Positions 34,209-45,008 of a stretch of DNA of 64,000 nt are shown here, one piece after another. How positions within the stretch are numbered: the first letter of the stretch is position 1; every line of letters begins with the position of its first letter. Origin of the DNA: Methanocaldococcus sp. 28A (GTDB lineage Archaea; AGJL01; Methanococci; Methanococcales; Methanocaldococcaceae); the NCBI GenBank assembly GCA_049852185.1, contig CP187540.1, one strand, 5' to 3'. The notes beneath the pieces were generated by a model that was not told the origin of the DNA, made no database searches, and saw nothing but the letters and a program-made list of their open reading frames with translations. The translations under genes and the position numbers were made by a program.

Positions 34209-34652
34209 ATGTTAGATAAATTAAAAAAGATTTTAGGCCTGAAAGATAACTTTTCAGCTCCAGCTCCAGTGTCTATAGATGATTATTTAGGAGAAATTGA
34301 GGAGCTTCCAATAACTCCAGTTGAAGATGAAAAAGTAATAATAAAAGTTTGTAGTATTGAAGATGATAAAGATGCTGTAAATGCCATAGTAATGGCTGAG
34401 GCAGGATATATTGTTATAGCAAAGACCCCTAACTTAGAAAAAGAGATTGATGATGAATTTATTGAAATTATTAAAAAGATAAAAAACGAAACTACAAAAT
34501 TTGGAGGAAACTTAATTATTTTAGGAGATGAGCATTTACTAATAACTCCAAAAAATGTTGTTATAGAAAAACTTCTTAAAGAAAAGAAAGAAGCTAATGC
34601 CACAATAGATAATAAAGAAACAAATGAAGAAAAAGAGAAGGATAAAAAATAA
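34209..34652 (+). CDS. sepF: SepF-family cell division protein
   Basis: GYIVIA...FGGNLIILGDEHLLITPKNVVIE. Confidence 0.7.
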   Translation: MLDKLKKILGLKDNFSAPAPVSIDDYLGEIEELPITPVEDEKVIIKVCSIEDDKDAVNAIVMAEAGYIVIAKTPNLEKEIDDEFIEIIKKIKNETTKFGGNLIILGDEHLLITPKNVVIEKLLKEKKEANATIDNKETNEEKEKDKK

Positions 34653-34697
34653 GCTATTATTTTTTTATGTTTTTTAATGCTCATTGTCTTAATATAA

Positions 34698-34790
34698 TAG
34701 GACTTTAGCACTTTATATATTCACTAATGAAAATTGATGTCTTTGGCATCAAAAATTCCTCAAAAAAAATTAATTCCTGCAAAAGTCCTA
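34698..34790. repeat. Complete MITE-like element, family A
   Basis: TAGGACTTTAGCA / TGCAAAAGTCCTA; central hairpin TTGATGTC-TTT-GGCATCAA. Confidence 0.88.
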
Positions 34791-34820
34791 TTATAAAATC
34801 TCTTTTCTAAATGTGATATT

Positions 34821-35621
34821 ATGAAAGTTTTAGATGAAATCGTCAATAATAGAAAAAAATTAATTGAAATAGAAAAAAGAAAAGATATAATTAAAGAATT
34901 AAGAGATTTTATTGACAAACTAAATATAGATATGGAAAAAAAGAAAAAATTAAAGCTTTCAAAGGCAATAAAAAAATCTAAAGAAACAAAAAATCCAATA
35001 ATTACTGAGATTAAGCCATCATCTCCTTCAAAAGGAAATATTAGAGAAATAAATCTTGAAGATATTAAAAATATAGCCAAAGAAATGGTAGAAGGTGGAG
35101 CTACCGCTTTATCTATATTGACTGAACCAAAATACTTCAATGGAAGCTATAAAAATTTAATTATTGCAAGAAATGAAAATGTTCCAATACTAATGAAAGA
35201 TTTTATTGTTGATTTTTATCAAATTGACATAGCAAGTGAGATTGGGGCTAATGCAGTTTTATTAATTGTCTCCACACTTGGAGAAGATATTGGAGAATTC
35301 TTAGATTATGCCAAGGAAAATGATTTGGAGTGTTTGGTTGAGACACATAGCGAAAATGAGATAGAAATTGCTTTAGATGCAGGAGCTAAGATTATTGGCA
35401 TAAATAATAGAGACTTAAAAACTTTAAAAATAGATTTGTCTACTACTGAGAAATTAGCTCCATTAATCCCAAAAAATAAAATAAAAGTTGGAGAAAGTGG
35501 GATTTATACAAAGGAGCAATTAAATTATGTATTAAAATATACTGACGCTGCTTTGATTGGTTCATCAATAATGGAAAGTGAAAATATAAAAGATAAAGTT
35601 ATGGAGTTAGTAAAAAAATAA
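34821..35621 (+). CDS. trpC: Indole-3-glycerol phosphate synthase
   Basis: EIKPSSPSKG, LSILTEPKYF, KDF, GINNRDL, ESGI. Confidence 0.95.
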   Translation: MKVLDEIVNNRKKLIEIEKRKDIIKELRDFIDKLNIDMEKKKKLKLSKAIKKSKETKNPIITEIKPSSPSKGNIREINLEDIKNIAKEMVEGGATALSILTEPKYFNGSYKNLIIARNENVPILMKDFIVDFYQIDIASEIGANAVLLIVSTLGEDIGEFLDYAKENDLECLVETHSENEIEIALDAGAKIIGINNRDLKTLKIDLSTTEKLAPLIPKNKIKVGESGIYTKEQLNYVLKYTDAALIGSSIMESENIKDKVMELVKK

Positions 35622-35636
35622 AAAAAATAAATTATA

Positions 35637-36305
35637 TTATGCTTGAGCTTCTTCTACAGTTTCTTCAGCTTCCTTTACAAATCCTTCTGTTTCTTCTTTC
35701 TTAGCTAATGATAAGACTTCTGATTTGTAGATAATAACATTTTTAATTGGGAATATTTTCTTACACTCTTCTTTTATTTTCTCAGCCATTTCTCCAAATA
35801 ACATTGCTTGCACATATAATGGGAATGTTTTCTCTTTAGCTATTGATTTAATAATTTCTTCCATCTTCTTTCTAATGTCAGATTTTTGTTTTGTGTTTGC
35901 TCTATAAGCTGTTAAAACCATTGCCTTTGTTCTTATCTTATAGCCATCTTGGGTTGTAATATCAAGGATAGCGTCAATTCTGCTTCTTCTTCTTCTTATT
36001 TGTGATTTCATGAATTCTCTTGTTGTATCATGTCCATAAAATTGAGCTATTGCTTTATTTCCTGTAATTCCAAATATTTTGAAATAAATTCTGTGCATGT
36101 GTTTTGTTGGGTCCCCTGTTAAATCTCTTAAGCTTGTCTCAGCAACTCTTCCTAAAACTAAACTTGGGTCATTTGCTGGAGTGTAGCCAATAAATACTCC
36201 TCCAAATTCTGGTGTGGCATAGATTTCATACCATACTTTCTCTTTCCATTTATCTCTTACTTTCCTTACCTTTCTTCTTGATCTTGCAGTTCTTGCAGTA
36301 GCCAT
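35637..36305 (-). CDS. rps3ae: 30S ribosomal protein S3ae (eS1)
   Basis: DKWKEKVWYEIYA, RRRRSRID. Confidence 0.95.
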   Translation of the reverse strand: MATARTARSRRKVRKVRDKWKEKVWYEIYATPEFGGVFIGYTPANDPSLVLGRVAETSLRDLTGDPTKHMHRIYFKIFGITGNKAIAQFYGHDTTREFMKSQIRRRRSRIDAILDITTQDGYKIRTKAMVLTAYRANTKQKSDIRKKMEEIIKSIAKEKTFPLYVQAMLFGEMAEKIKEECKKIFPIKNVIIYKSEVLSLAKKEETEGFVKEAEETVEEAQA

Positions 36306-36340
36306 TTTTTCACCTTAAAAAATTTAATTATGGTTTGGAA

Positions 36341-36955
36341 TTATTCACCTTTATAAAACTTAGATAAATCAACATAATTTCTTACAGGTTTTGTTACATC
36401 TCCATACAATCTTTTTATATCCTTAGCTTTTGCTTTTTTAGCACTTCCTTTTTCAGTTTTTATTTTCTTTAACCTAAAGAATCCATCGTTTATTCTATAA
36501 ACTTTTTCTACTTCAAATTCAAAATCATTAGGGACATAGATGTATATTCCATAAGTTTTACTTTTATCATTAATTGATATTCCCAATTTTTTTGGAATAG
36601 ATAGTGATTTACCCCAAATAAACTTAATCTCTTTACCTAAAGCAGATTTTACTGGTTCAGGAGTTTCAATTTTTGTTATCTCAATCTTTTCCCCATCAAC
36701 TTCAATTGTATCTCCAACTTTGTATGTTTCATCCTCTGGTATATTAATTATTTTAGATTCTGAGATATCATATCTACTTATAATTAGCTTAGCCTGGCTT
36801 AATTTAACCTTATCAACAATCTCTCTTACAGCTCCACAGTTAGGACATTTAACTAAGTAATAGGCAGATTTATTATAAATTTTTTTCTTTAATACTTCTT
36901 GCTCTTCAAACCCACAATTCTCGCATTCTATGTAGAGTTTTTCAGTCATCTTCAA
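36341..36955 (-). CDS. Archaeal Zn-finger protein (HVO_0476-like)
   Basis: CENCG...CPNCG followed by two repeated beta-domains. Confidence 0.7.
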   Translation of the reverse strand: MKMTEKLYIECENCGFEEQEVLKKKIYNKSAYYLVKCPNCGAVREIVDKVKLSQAKLIISRYDISESKIINIPEDETYKVGDTIEVDGEKIEITKIETPEPVKSALGKEIKFIWGKSLSIPKKLGISINDKSKTYGIYIYVPNDFEFEVEKVYRINDGFFRLKKIKTEKGSAKKAKAKDIKRLYGDVTKPVRNYVDLSKFYKGE

Positions 36956-37000
36956 AAACCTCTAAGTATTTTATTTACTTTGATTTTATTTATTTTTTAT

Positions 37001-37813
37001 TTATTTTCTTCTTCTCCTTCTTCTTCTCTTGTCTTTTGGTTGAATGATTATTCTGTATTTTGGATTTGCAGCTTTCTCTAAGAACTCTTCATAGGTAAAG
37101 GGAACTTGTGTATCGTCAGTTATAATACCTCTGTTTTTAAGGTATTCTCTTGTTAATAAGTAGTAGATTAAAGCAACAGATTTTTTACCTTTGTTGTTTG
37201 TAGGAATTACCAAGTCGATGAATGATGTTAAGTGCTCTGTATCACATAAGCTAACAATTGGAACACCAATCTCTATAGCCTCTTTCAATGCTTGTCTATC
37301 AACTCTTGGGTCACTGATAAATACAATCTCTGGCTCTATAAAGCCTTTGTATGCAGGGTTTGTCAATGTTCCAGGGACAAATCTTCCAGGGATTGTTCTA
37401 ACTCCTGTGTATTTTCCAAATTCTTCTAATGGACCCATAGTATAGATTCTTCTTGAAACAGCTAATATATCTTCTGGCTCATATTTTGCTAAGAATTTAG
37501 CAGCTATTCTTAATCTCTCATCTGTTTTTCTAACATCCAAAACATACAATCCATCGCTTCTTACTCTGTAAATAAACTTCTCCATATCCTTTGTTTTCTG
37601 CTTATCTTCTGGCTCATATTTTGCTAAGAATTTAGCAGCTATTCTTAATCTCTCATCTGTTTTTCTAACATCCAAAACATACAATCCATCGCTTCTTACT
37701 CTGTAAATAAACTTCTCCATATCCTTTGTTTTCTGCTGAGTCCCAATGTGGATACCTGAAGCTAAGTATGTATCTAATGGCACTAACAATTCTTTCTCAC
37801 TCATATTTTCCAC
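37001..37813 (-). CDS. rps2: 30S ribosomal protein S2 with a 45-aa internal duplication
   Basis: [27 protein letters not shown]. Confidence 0.95.
   Translation of the reverse strand: MENMSEKELLVPLDTYLASGIHIGTQQKTKDMEKFIYRVRSDGLYVLDVRKTDERLRIAAKFLAKYEPEDKQKTKDMEKFIYRVRSDGLYVLDVRKTDERLRIAAKFLAKYEPEDILAVSRRIYTMGPLEEFGKYTGVRTIPGRFVPGTLTNPAYKGFIEPEIVFISDPRVDRQALKEAIEIGVPIVSLCDTEHLTSFIDLVIPTNNKGKKSVALIYYLLTREYLKNRGIITDDTQVPFTYEEFLEKAANPKYRIIIQPKDKRRRRRRRK
37468..37737. repeat. Exact tandem duplication, 2 x 135 bp (37468-37602 and 37603-37737)
   Basis: Base-by-base identity of the two copies. Confidence 0.95.
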
Positions 37814-37923
37814 CTTAAAAATAGTTGTTGTTTTTTAAATATTAAATATTTTCGGGGTTTAAAAATTAGTGGTTGTTTCCCCTAAGAAGATAGAAAATGT
37901 AATAATATATAAAATTTTCCTAT

Positions 37924-38508
37924 TTACTTACCTCTTCTTCCGTGAGCCCTTATACTTGGTCTAACCTTCTCAGCTCCTATTCCTTTATTTCTTAATCCTC
38001 TACCTTTCTTACCAGCTGATGTTAAACCTCTGAATGCTCTTCCTCTATGTTTTCCAGTACATAACCAGTTGAGTTGTGGGTCTGCTTTAATAGCTGGGTG
38101 GTAAGGGTCTACTAATATAACCTCATACCACTTGTATTTTCCATCTTCTCCGACCCAGTAACTGTTTAGAACTTCCATGTTTGGATATTTTCTTGCTGCT
38201 CTTTCTTCAGCAATTCTTTGGATTGATTTACCCATTGTTATCTTATTAACCCCTAATGTAGCTGGTTTCTTTGAGTTCTTTGGTCTTGGCTTTCTTAAAC
38301 CTCCTCTTCTAACTCTTACTCTAACAACAATGATTCCTTGTTTTGGTTTGTATCCTAAAGCTCTTGCTCTATCTAATCTTGTTGGTCTTTCAATTCTTAC
38401 AACAGCCGGTTCTCTCCTCCACTGCTGTAATCTTTCCCATAATAATTGTCTTACATAACTCTCTTTTGGTCTTTTCCAAGCTTCTCGTATATACTTGTAG
38501 ATTCCCAT
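37924..38508 (-). CDS. rpl15e: 50S ribosomal protein L15e
   Basis: [35 protein letters not shown]. Confidence 0.96.
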   Translation of the reverse strand: MGIYKYIREAWKRPKESYVRQLLWERLQQWRREPAVVRIERPTRLDRARALGYKPKQGIIVVRVRVRRGGLRKPRPKNSKKPATLGVNKITMGKSIQRIAEERAARKYPNMEVLNSYWVGEDGKYKWYEVILVDPYHPAIKADPQLNWLCTGKHRGRAFRGLTSAGKKGRGLRNKGIGAEKVRPSIRAHGRRGK

Positions 38509-38522
38509 TTTATCCCTCTTTT

Positions 38523-38550
38523 ATGGGTTCAGCATTATCGCCACATCCCC
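38523..38550 (-). ncRNA. Candidate eL15 ribosomal-protein leader (cis-regulatory RNA)
   Basis: GC-rich GGGGAUGUGGCGAUAAUGCUGAACCC hairpin just 5' of the rpl15e RBS. Confidence 0.6.
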
Positions 38551-38750
38551 TTTTTTAATATTAAAGCTTTAGAGTAAATAACTATTATCAACTATTATAT
38601 TAATTTAACGGTTATTTAGAGTGTGTCTAAGATAGAGCTTGAGGTCTTATATAGCATACCTCAGTAACGTGAGTAATGAATATACACAAACTGTTTCCCA
38701 TTTCATAGCTTATCATAGTATTTAACAAATTATCATACAAACCGATAGCT

Positions 38751-39034
38751 ATGGAAATAGGAAACAGTTGTTCAGAATTTCAAGGCTCATCGCTTTTAGA
38801 TGAAATAATCAGCACGGGCGGTAGATATCGTCTATCGCGCTGGTAAAAGGATAGACAATGCTCTAAAACTTGAAACGCTCGATAATTTCTTGGACTGGAT
38901 TGAAAAGCATAAGATTGAAATTCCAGAGGTCAATGGCAATGTTGTGAAAATTTACGAATGCGTTACATGTTCTGGTATTCCTAAAATTGGTAAACCCGTC
39001 TGCCACTTCGAAGGAGGCTTATGGCAGTGGTTAA
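38751..39034 (+). pseudogene. V4R-domain protein remnant
   Basis: VVKIYECVTCSGIPKIGKPVCHFEGGL; upstream LFRISRLIAF; stops and frameshifts, C terminus lost. Confidence 0.75.
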
Positions 39035-39142
39035 TATAAAAATAAAAATTAAAAATTTAAGCTTTATCAACATCATCAATTTTACATTTTATTTCTCCAA
39101 CTATGAATTATGAATAAAGCTACAGGGAAAATAAAAGTTGTA

Positions 39143-40093
39143 TCATAATATAGTATTTAATATTGCAATTATTTCATTTATAACTTCTTTATTTAGCTCT
39201 GAAACATCAATTTTCTTTGTTTCAAATACAATTCCATTTTTTAAAACTCTATCATAATTTGGGCATATTGTAGTTATTGATTTTTTGTTGTCTAATTTTA
39301 TTAGGCTGTTAATTTTTTTAGACGTATTTTTTGGATTTTCGCATTCAATAAATATGGATATTCCTTCATATTCTTTAAAATAAGCATTTTCAATTTCATT
39401 TTTAATTTTTTTGTTTGCAATAATATATTTTTTGTAGGTTTTTTTAGCATTTAACAGCTCTTCTTTTAAAAGACCAAAATAATTTACTATTTTATATGTT
39501 TTAAATATTATTTTAATATCATTTAACGCATTTCCTAATTTTTCTTCGATGTCTTTACTTATTCCTAAAAAACCCCCATATTCACAATTTAATATCTTTG
39601 GACTTCCAGTGGAACAAACAATAATATCACCATATCCACAATCTCCACCAATTTTTCCTGAAATATCTTCAATAAACAAAATTTCTTTCTCTTCACATAA
39701 TTTTTTTATTTCTTTTAATGGTTGTGGAGCTAAATATCCTGCTAATGATGTTAAAATAACAGATGAATTCTCTTTTATGGCTTTATCCAAATTTTCTATA
39801 TCAATAATACCCAAATTTGTTTTTAGCATATTAAACTTTAAATTCAATAATTTTGGAAATTTTAAAAACCCTTGCCAACCCCCCATATCAGGGATTAAAA
39901 TCTCATCACTATAAGTTTTTGCTATCCACATTGATAGAAATACTGCAGAACTTCCTGATGGAAGAAAAGTTATTTTGTAATCCCTATTTAATAGCTCATT
40001 TATAATCATCTCAACTTCTTCTTTATTCCCTTCTTTATTTATTAATCCATAAGTATTTGGTCTTCTATATTTAAGAATCATTATATTCACCAC
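39143..40093 (-). CDS. PLP fold-type-I (DegT-like) protein of unknown function
   Basis: [22 protein letters not shown] (candidate PLP Lys). Confidence 0.65.
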   Translation of the reverse strand: MVNIMILKYRRPNTYGLINKEGNKEEVEMIINELLNRDYKITFLPSGSSAVFLSMWIAKTYSDEILIPDMGGWQGFLKFPKLLNLKFNMLKTNLGIIDIENLDKAIKENSSVILTSLAGYLAPQPLKEIKKLCEEKEILFIEDISGKIGGDCGYGDIIVCSTGSPKILNCEYGGFLGISKDIEEKLGNALNDIKIIFKTYKIVNYFGLLKEELLNAKKTYKKYIIANKKIKNEIENAYFKEYEGISIFIECENPKNTSKKINSLIKLDNKKSITTICPNYDRVLKNGIVFETKKIDVSELNKEVINEIIAILNTIL

Positions 40094-40870
40094 TATTTAC
40101 TAACGGTGTGATTACGATAGTCCATTCTTTATTAGTTCTTTACAACACTACTACACTTTTTAATTACTTTATAGGAAAATATGTTGTATTTATTGCTTAA
40201 ATATTCTATACAATTATGAATAATCGCAACAAATTTAACAAAACCGATATTGCTTTTTAAGGTTATATAATTACTTTCACATTGAATCAACTATCTCAAC
40301 AAATTTATATCTATCGTCATCTAAAATATTGGAAAAGTTAGATAACTGATTATATAAGCAATAGATATCCCTTTAATCGTCTTTATCGGCGTTAATGTTC
40401 CCACTACTCCATACTAAGAACATATCCCTAAACTATTTATAGAAAACCAGTATATCATTAAATGCTACTAACATACAAGTATCACCGTTTTTTAATAAAT
40501 TATTTAACCTAATATTGTAATTGAATTGTTTTAACTCTAACGGTCTCTTAACTATTAGTTTTTTGTTTTATAACCTTTTTTATAATTTGAAGACCAACTA
40601 TTTAGAATAGAATAAGCAGTTTAATAATCCCATCGATATAATGAGAAGCATATTTCCAAATTAGATTTTTGTAGTTTTAGTTTGTATTCTTTAGTCCATT
40701 CGATATTACTCCAAATTTTCTGAGTATTTGTCTATAAATCAAATCTATGTTTGTCTATGGGTAATTAAACAGTTCCAATATAAATATTCTCATTATTCCC
40801 ACCATAATCTTTAAAATCTAATATATTAAAATCATAACTTATACTAATCAAATTTAACTGAGGAGATAAA

Positions 40871-41143
40871 ATGAGCAAAGTCGTTGTTTCAGTTATTGGA
40901 AAAGACAGAACCGGAATAGTTGCTGGAATTTCAAAGGTTTTAGCTGAAAATAATGTAAACATATTAGATATAAGCCAAACTATTATGGATAACTTATTTG
41001 CCATGATTATGCTTGTTGATATATCAAATGCCAAAGTAGATTTTACAACCCTAAAAAATGAGCTTGAAAAAGCTGGAGAGGAGTTAGGAGTTAAGGTTAT
41101 TGTCCAACATGAAGATATATTTAAATACATGCATAGGATTTAA
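40871..41143 (+). CDS. ACT domain protein (UPF0237)
   Basis: GKDRTGIVA, NILDISQT, EDIFKYMHRI. Confidence 0.9.
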   Translation: MSKVVVSVIGKDRTGIVAGISKVLAENNVNILDISQTIMDNLFAMIMLVDISNAKVDFTTLKNELEKAGEELGVKVIVQHEDIFKYMHRI

Positions 41144-41882
41144 ATTCAGCATCTACAACAATATGCCAAACGCCTGGAGCATATTTTTTAATTTTTCTAA
41201 TTTCATAGTTTATAAGTTTGTAGCCATTTTTTTCGGCATAAAACTTCAATCTCTCTATAGGTCTTTCATACATAATCTTTTCAGCAACTGTTTCATGATA
41301 GTGTATAACTCCCTTATTTTTCAAAAACTCAAATGCTTTATCTAAAAATTTGTGCGTCTTATGAACATATCCCATAATTACTCTATCAGCGACATTATTT
41401 AATTCAACTTCTCTATTATCAGCTAAAATTGGAATTACATTGTTTAGTTTATTTAGCTTAATATTTTCACATAAATAGTGATAAGCTGTAGGATTTTTTT
41501 CTATAGCGTAAATTAACTTTGGTTTTGAATATTTAGCTAATGGAATTGTAAAATAACCAATTCCAGCAAACATATCAACAACTATTTCATTTTCATTGCT
41601 CATAAATGCCATTCTCTTCCTTTCCTCAATATTTCCCTGACTCCACATAATTTTAGATACATCTAACTTAAATAAGCATCCATACTCTTTATGTATTGTT
41701 TCTGTCTCTTTTCCAAACAAGATTTTTACATGTGGAGTTCTAAATTCTCCAGTAATTTGTGTAGTGTATAAAACAATTGTTTTACATTTAGTTCTTTTTA
41801 CAATCTCCTTAATCTCCTCTTCATTTAATTCTTTTTTAACTATCACTACATCTCCAACCTTTTGATATTTCATAAATATCAC
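41121..41882 (-). CDS. taw2: tRNA(Phe) wyosine aminocarboxypropyltransferase Taw2
   Basis: MWSQGNIEER, DMFAGIGYFT, ADRVIMGY, HYHE, KKYAPG. Confidence 0.85.
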   Translation of the reverse strand: MIFMKYQKVGDVVIVKKELNEEEIKEIVKRTKCKTIVLYTTQITGEFRTPHVKILFGKETETIHKEYGCLFKLDVSKIMWSQGNIEERKRMAFMSNENEIVVDMFAGIGYFTIPLAKYSKPKLIYAIEKNPTAYHYLCENIKLNKLNNVIPILADNREVELNNVADRVIMGYVHKTHKFLDKAFEFLKNKGVIHYHETVAEKIMYERPIERLKFYAEKNGYKLINYEIRKIKKYAPGVWHIVVDAEFKSYACI

Positions 41883-41963
41883 AATAAAAATAGTAGTTAA
41901 ATAGTAGTTTTATAAAATTATCCTAAAATTTACAAAAATAGAAAAATTGTATTCAAAAATTAA

Positions 41964-43280
41964 TTATGGAGTCAATCTCTGTCTATCTCTTGGGAATAGG
42001 ACACACTCTCTAATGTTTTCTTGTTGAGTTAAAACCATAGTGAATCTATCAGCTCCTAAGCCCCATCCAGCGTGTGGTGGCATTCCATACTTAAATGCCT
42101 CTAAGTAGTAAGTAAATCCATCTGGGTTTAATCCCTTCTTCTTAATATTCTCAACTAATAAATCATAGAGAGGAATTCTTTGAGCTCCTGAAGAAATCTC
42201 TAAATCTTTATACATCAAATCAAAAGCCTTACATATATTTGGATTTTTCTCATCTGGCATTGTGTAAAATGGCCTTGTCTCTGTTGGCCAGTCAGTTATA
42301 AAGTAAAGTCCTCCCATCTCCTCTCCAATAGCTTTCTCTGCCTCTCTGCTCAAATCTTGTCCCCATTCTATTTCAACACCCTTTGCATTTGCAATATCGA
42401 TAGCTTCATCATAAGTGATTCTATCAAACTTTTTATCTGGAAGATTAAACTCTATTCCCAAAGTTTCAATCTCTTTTTTTCTGTTTTCATAAACATCTAC
42501 AAATGCGTTATAAACAACCTTTTCTAAGATATCCATAGCATCTTTATCATCAGCAAATGCCATTTCAATGTCTATTGATGTAGCCTCATTTAAATGTCTT
42601 CTTGTGTTGTGCTCTTCAGCTCTAAATATTGGGGCTATTTCAAATACTCTGTCTAATCCAGTAGCCATTAACATCTGCTTGTAAAGTTGAGGACTCTGAC
42701 CTAAAAATGCCTCTCTCTCAAAGTATGATATTGGGAAGAGCTCTGTCCCTCCTTCAGTACAACTTGCAACTAATTTTGGTGTATTTACTTCAATGAACCC
42801 TTCTTCATATAATGTTTTTCTTACAGATTTTAGCATTTCACTTCTAATCTTAAATATTGCTTGAATTTTTGGTCTCCTCAAATCTAAGAATCTGTTTTCT
42901 AATCTTGTATCTAACTCCGCTGGAACTTTTTCAGCTGGGTCTAAAGGTAGAGGTCTTAGGGCAGTGTTTAAAACTTCTAACTCTAATGGTAATATCTCAA
43001 ATCCATTTGGTGCTTTCTCGTTAGCTATAACTTTTCCCCTAACAGCTATAACATCTTCAGCTCCAAGCTTCTTTATTTGTTTAAATAATTCCTCTCCAAC
43101 TTTTTGTTTTGGTGCTACAATTTGGACAAAACCTTCTCTATCTCTTAATATAACGAATATAATCTTCCCTAAGGCTCTAATTGAATGAACCCAACCCATT
43201 ACAATAACTTCTTGTCCATCCATATCTGGTGTAAGTTCTGCTGAGTAATGGCTTCTTTTCCACTTCATTTTATTCACCAT
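41964..43280 (-). CDS. aspS: Aspartate-tRNA(Asp/Asn) ligase, non-discriminating type
   Basis: [27 protein letters not shown]; KAP loop. Confidence 0.95.
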   Translation of the reverse strand: MVNKMKWKRSHYSAELTPDMDGQEVIVMGWVHSIRALGKIIFVILRDREGFVQIVAPKQKVGEELFKQIKKLGAEDVIAVRGKVIANEKAPNGFEILPLELEVLNTALRPLPLDPAEKVPAELDTRLENRFLDLRRPKIQAIFKIRSEMLKSVRKTLYEEGFIEVNTPKLVASCTEGGTELFPISYFEREAFLGQSPQLYKQMLMATGLDRVFEIAPIFRAEEHNTRRHLNEATSIDIEMAFADDKDAMDILEKVVYNAFVDVYENRKKEIETLGIEFNLPDKKFDRITYDEAIDIANAKGVEIEWGQDLSREAEKAIGEEMGGLYFITDWPTETRPFYTMPDEKNPNICKAFDLMYKDLEISSGAQRIPLYDLLVENIKKKGLNPDGFTYYLEAFKYGMPPHAGWGLGADRFTMVLTQQENIRECVLFPRDRQRLTP

Positions 43281-43547
43281 TGTATTATGTGTTTTTTAAC
43301 AAAGTCTTACACAGTTCATAACTTTTATATATAATAAGGGGTTTTCTGATGTAGTCGAAGATAAACTAAATATAGAATAGATATTTAAAATATTTACCAT
43401 TTAAGAGAGGTATCGAAAAATTGAATTAGAAAGTCTAATAATACCGAATACACTCATTTATAATGTAATATAGCGTAAGGATAGTGCTATTGCATTTACT
43501 ATTTAGTGTCTATCGTTATAATTTTAGACGGTATAACAGTATCTACA

Positions 43548-43810
43548 TGACAACTTTTCGCCCTAAAGGGCGGAGTTTCTTTAGGAGAGTGAAAGAATAA
43601 TCCTCACCCTCCACGGGTTACCAAGCCCACTATCCCTACTGTAGCGAAGCGAGGGCTACGAAACCTTGCGGATTTCATTTAATTCCTCTCTCGGGAATTC
43701 GGGACTACGCTAAATCTGCATTAATAACAGCTCCACACTCAGAACAAACATATAAATCTCTGTATTTCTTACGATTTCTTTATTACTCCACAAACACTGC
43801 ATTCCTCTAA
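43548..43810 (-). mobile_element. IS200/IS605 right-end relic: tnpB Zn-finger tail, omegaRNA-like scaffold and subterminal hairpin
   Basis: ECSVCG / RDLYVCSECGAVINAD / RDSGLGNPWRV; hairpin CGCCC-TTTA-GGGCG; ends GTCA. Confidence 0.85.
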
Positions 43811-43954
43811 CTCTATATAATTGTCTCTTATCCATATCTTAACAGTATCACAGTCACAACAGCATAAAAATAAAATTTTAATGATTTTACTTTAAATATT
43901 TATATTTCCTTAAAGAGGTAATTAGTGAAAGTTTTTAATATTCATTGTGAGATT

Positions 43955-44302
43955 ATGAAGATGGTTATAGTTATAAGAAATGATTTAGGTATGGGAAAAG
44001 GAAAAATGGTAGCCCAAGGAGGACATGCAATAATAGAAGCTTTCTTAAATGCTAAGAAGATGAATCCAAAAGCTGTTGAGGAATGGCTAAGAGAGGGGCA
44101 GAAAAAGGTCGTAGTTAAAGTAAATTCTGAAAAAGAGTTAATAGATATTTATAACAAAGCAAAAAGTGAAGGTTTGCCTTGTTCAATAATTAAAGATGCG
44201 GGACATACACAATTAGAGCCAGGAACTTTAACTGCTGTTGCAATAGGTCCAGAAAAGGATGAAAAGATAGATAAAATTACAGGACATTTAAAACTTTTAT
44301 AA
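43955..44302 (+). CDS. pth2: Peptidyl-tRNA hydrolase Pth2
   Basis: [30 protein letters not shown]; start MKMVIV. Confidence 0.95.
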   Translation: MKMVIVIRNDLGMGKGKMVAQGGHAIIEAFLNAKKMNPKAVEEWLREGQKKVVVKVNSEKELIDIYNKAKSEGLPCSIIKDAGHTQLEPGTLTAVAIGPEKDEKIDKITGHLKLL

Positions 44303-44329
44303 AAAAATTTATTCTTTATTTTACCTATT

Positions 44330-44998
44330 TTATTTATTTATTGCATGTTTAAATGCTTTAAATCCTCCTATTAATCTTTTAACATTAAAACCCAATAATT
44401 GTAAAATTAAAGCCATTGTTTGACTTCTCATTCCCCCTCTTGCACAGAAAACAATAATTAATTTATTTCTATCAAGTTTTTTTGCTTCATTTAAAATCCT
44501 TTTTAGTCCTTTTTCAATAATGTCTGTAGCTACATCTATAGCTTTATCTCTACCTTCCTGTTTATACACTCTTCCAATTAATTCATGTTCTTCATCTAAA
44601 AATAGAGGAATATTTATTGCTCCTGGGATTGTATCTTCCTTATATTCTCTTGGACTTCTTGTATCTACTATAACAACATCCTCTTTATTCATTAATTTCA
44701 AAAGGTCATTAACGGTTATAGTATTTTTAACAAACTCTCCACCAATTGACTTTAAAAACTTATCTATATTAATTCTTTCAAAGTATATATCATAGTTTTT
44801 AAATTTTTTTACACCTACCTTTTTATCATTTAAAAATTCTTTAGAAGTGTTTAATATAAAAGAAGCAAGTTCTCCCTCAATTTTTCCAGCTAATATTTTT
44901 TTACCATTTGTTATCATCTTCTTCCCATCATTTAGAACAATGCATAAAACAACATCTTCTGTAAATGTTATTAGCCGAGCTAAAATTTCCTCATCCAT
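44330..44998 (-). CDS. tRNA 2-selenouridine synthase, rhodanese subunit
   Basis: [26 protein letters not shown]. Confidence 0.85.
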   Translation of the reverse strand: MDEEILARLITFTEDVVLCIVLNDGKKMITNGKKILAGKIEGELASFILNTSKEFLNDKKVGVKKFKNYDIYFERINIDKFLKSIGGEFVKNTITVNDLLKLMNKEDVVIVDTRSPREYKEDTIPGAINIPLFLDEEHELIGRVYKQEGRDKAIDVATDIIEKGLKRILNEAKKLDRNKLIIVFCARGGMRSQTMALILQLLGFNVKRLIGGFKAFKHAINK

Positions 44999-45008
44999 GT
45001 TTTATCCC

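Noticed and set aside
40765-41130. 121-aa minus-strand ORF
   Set aside because: Antisense to the ACT-domain gene
43534-43849. TAACAGTATC direct repeat flanking the tnpB relic read as a target-site duplication
   Set aside because: IS200/IS605 elements make no TSD, the repeat does not abut the ends, and similar words occur elsewhere
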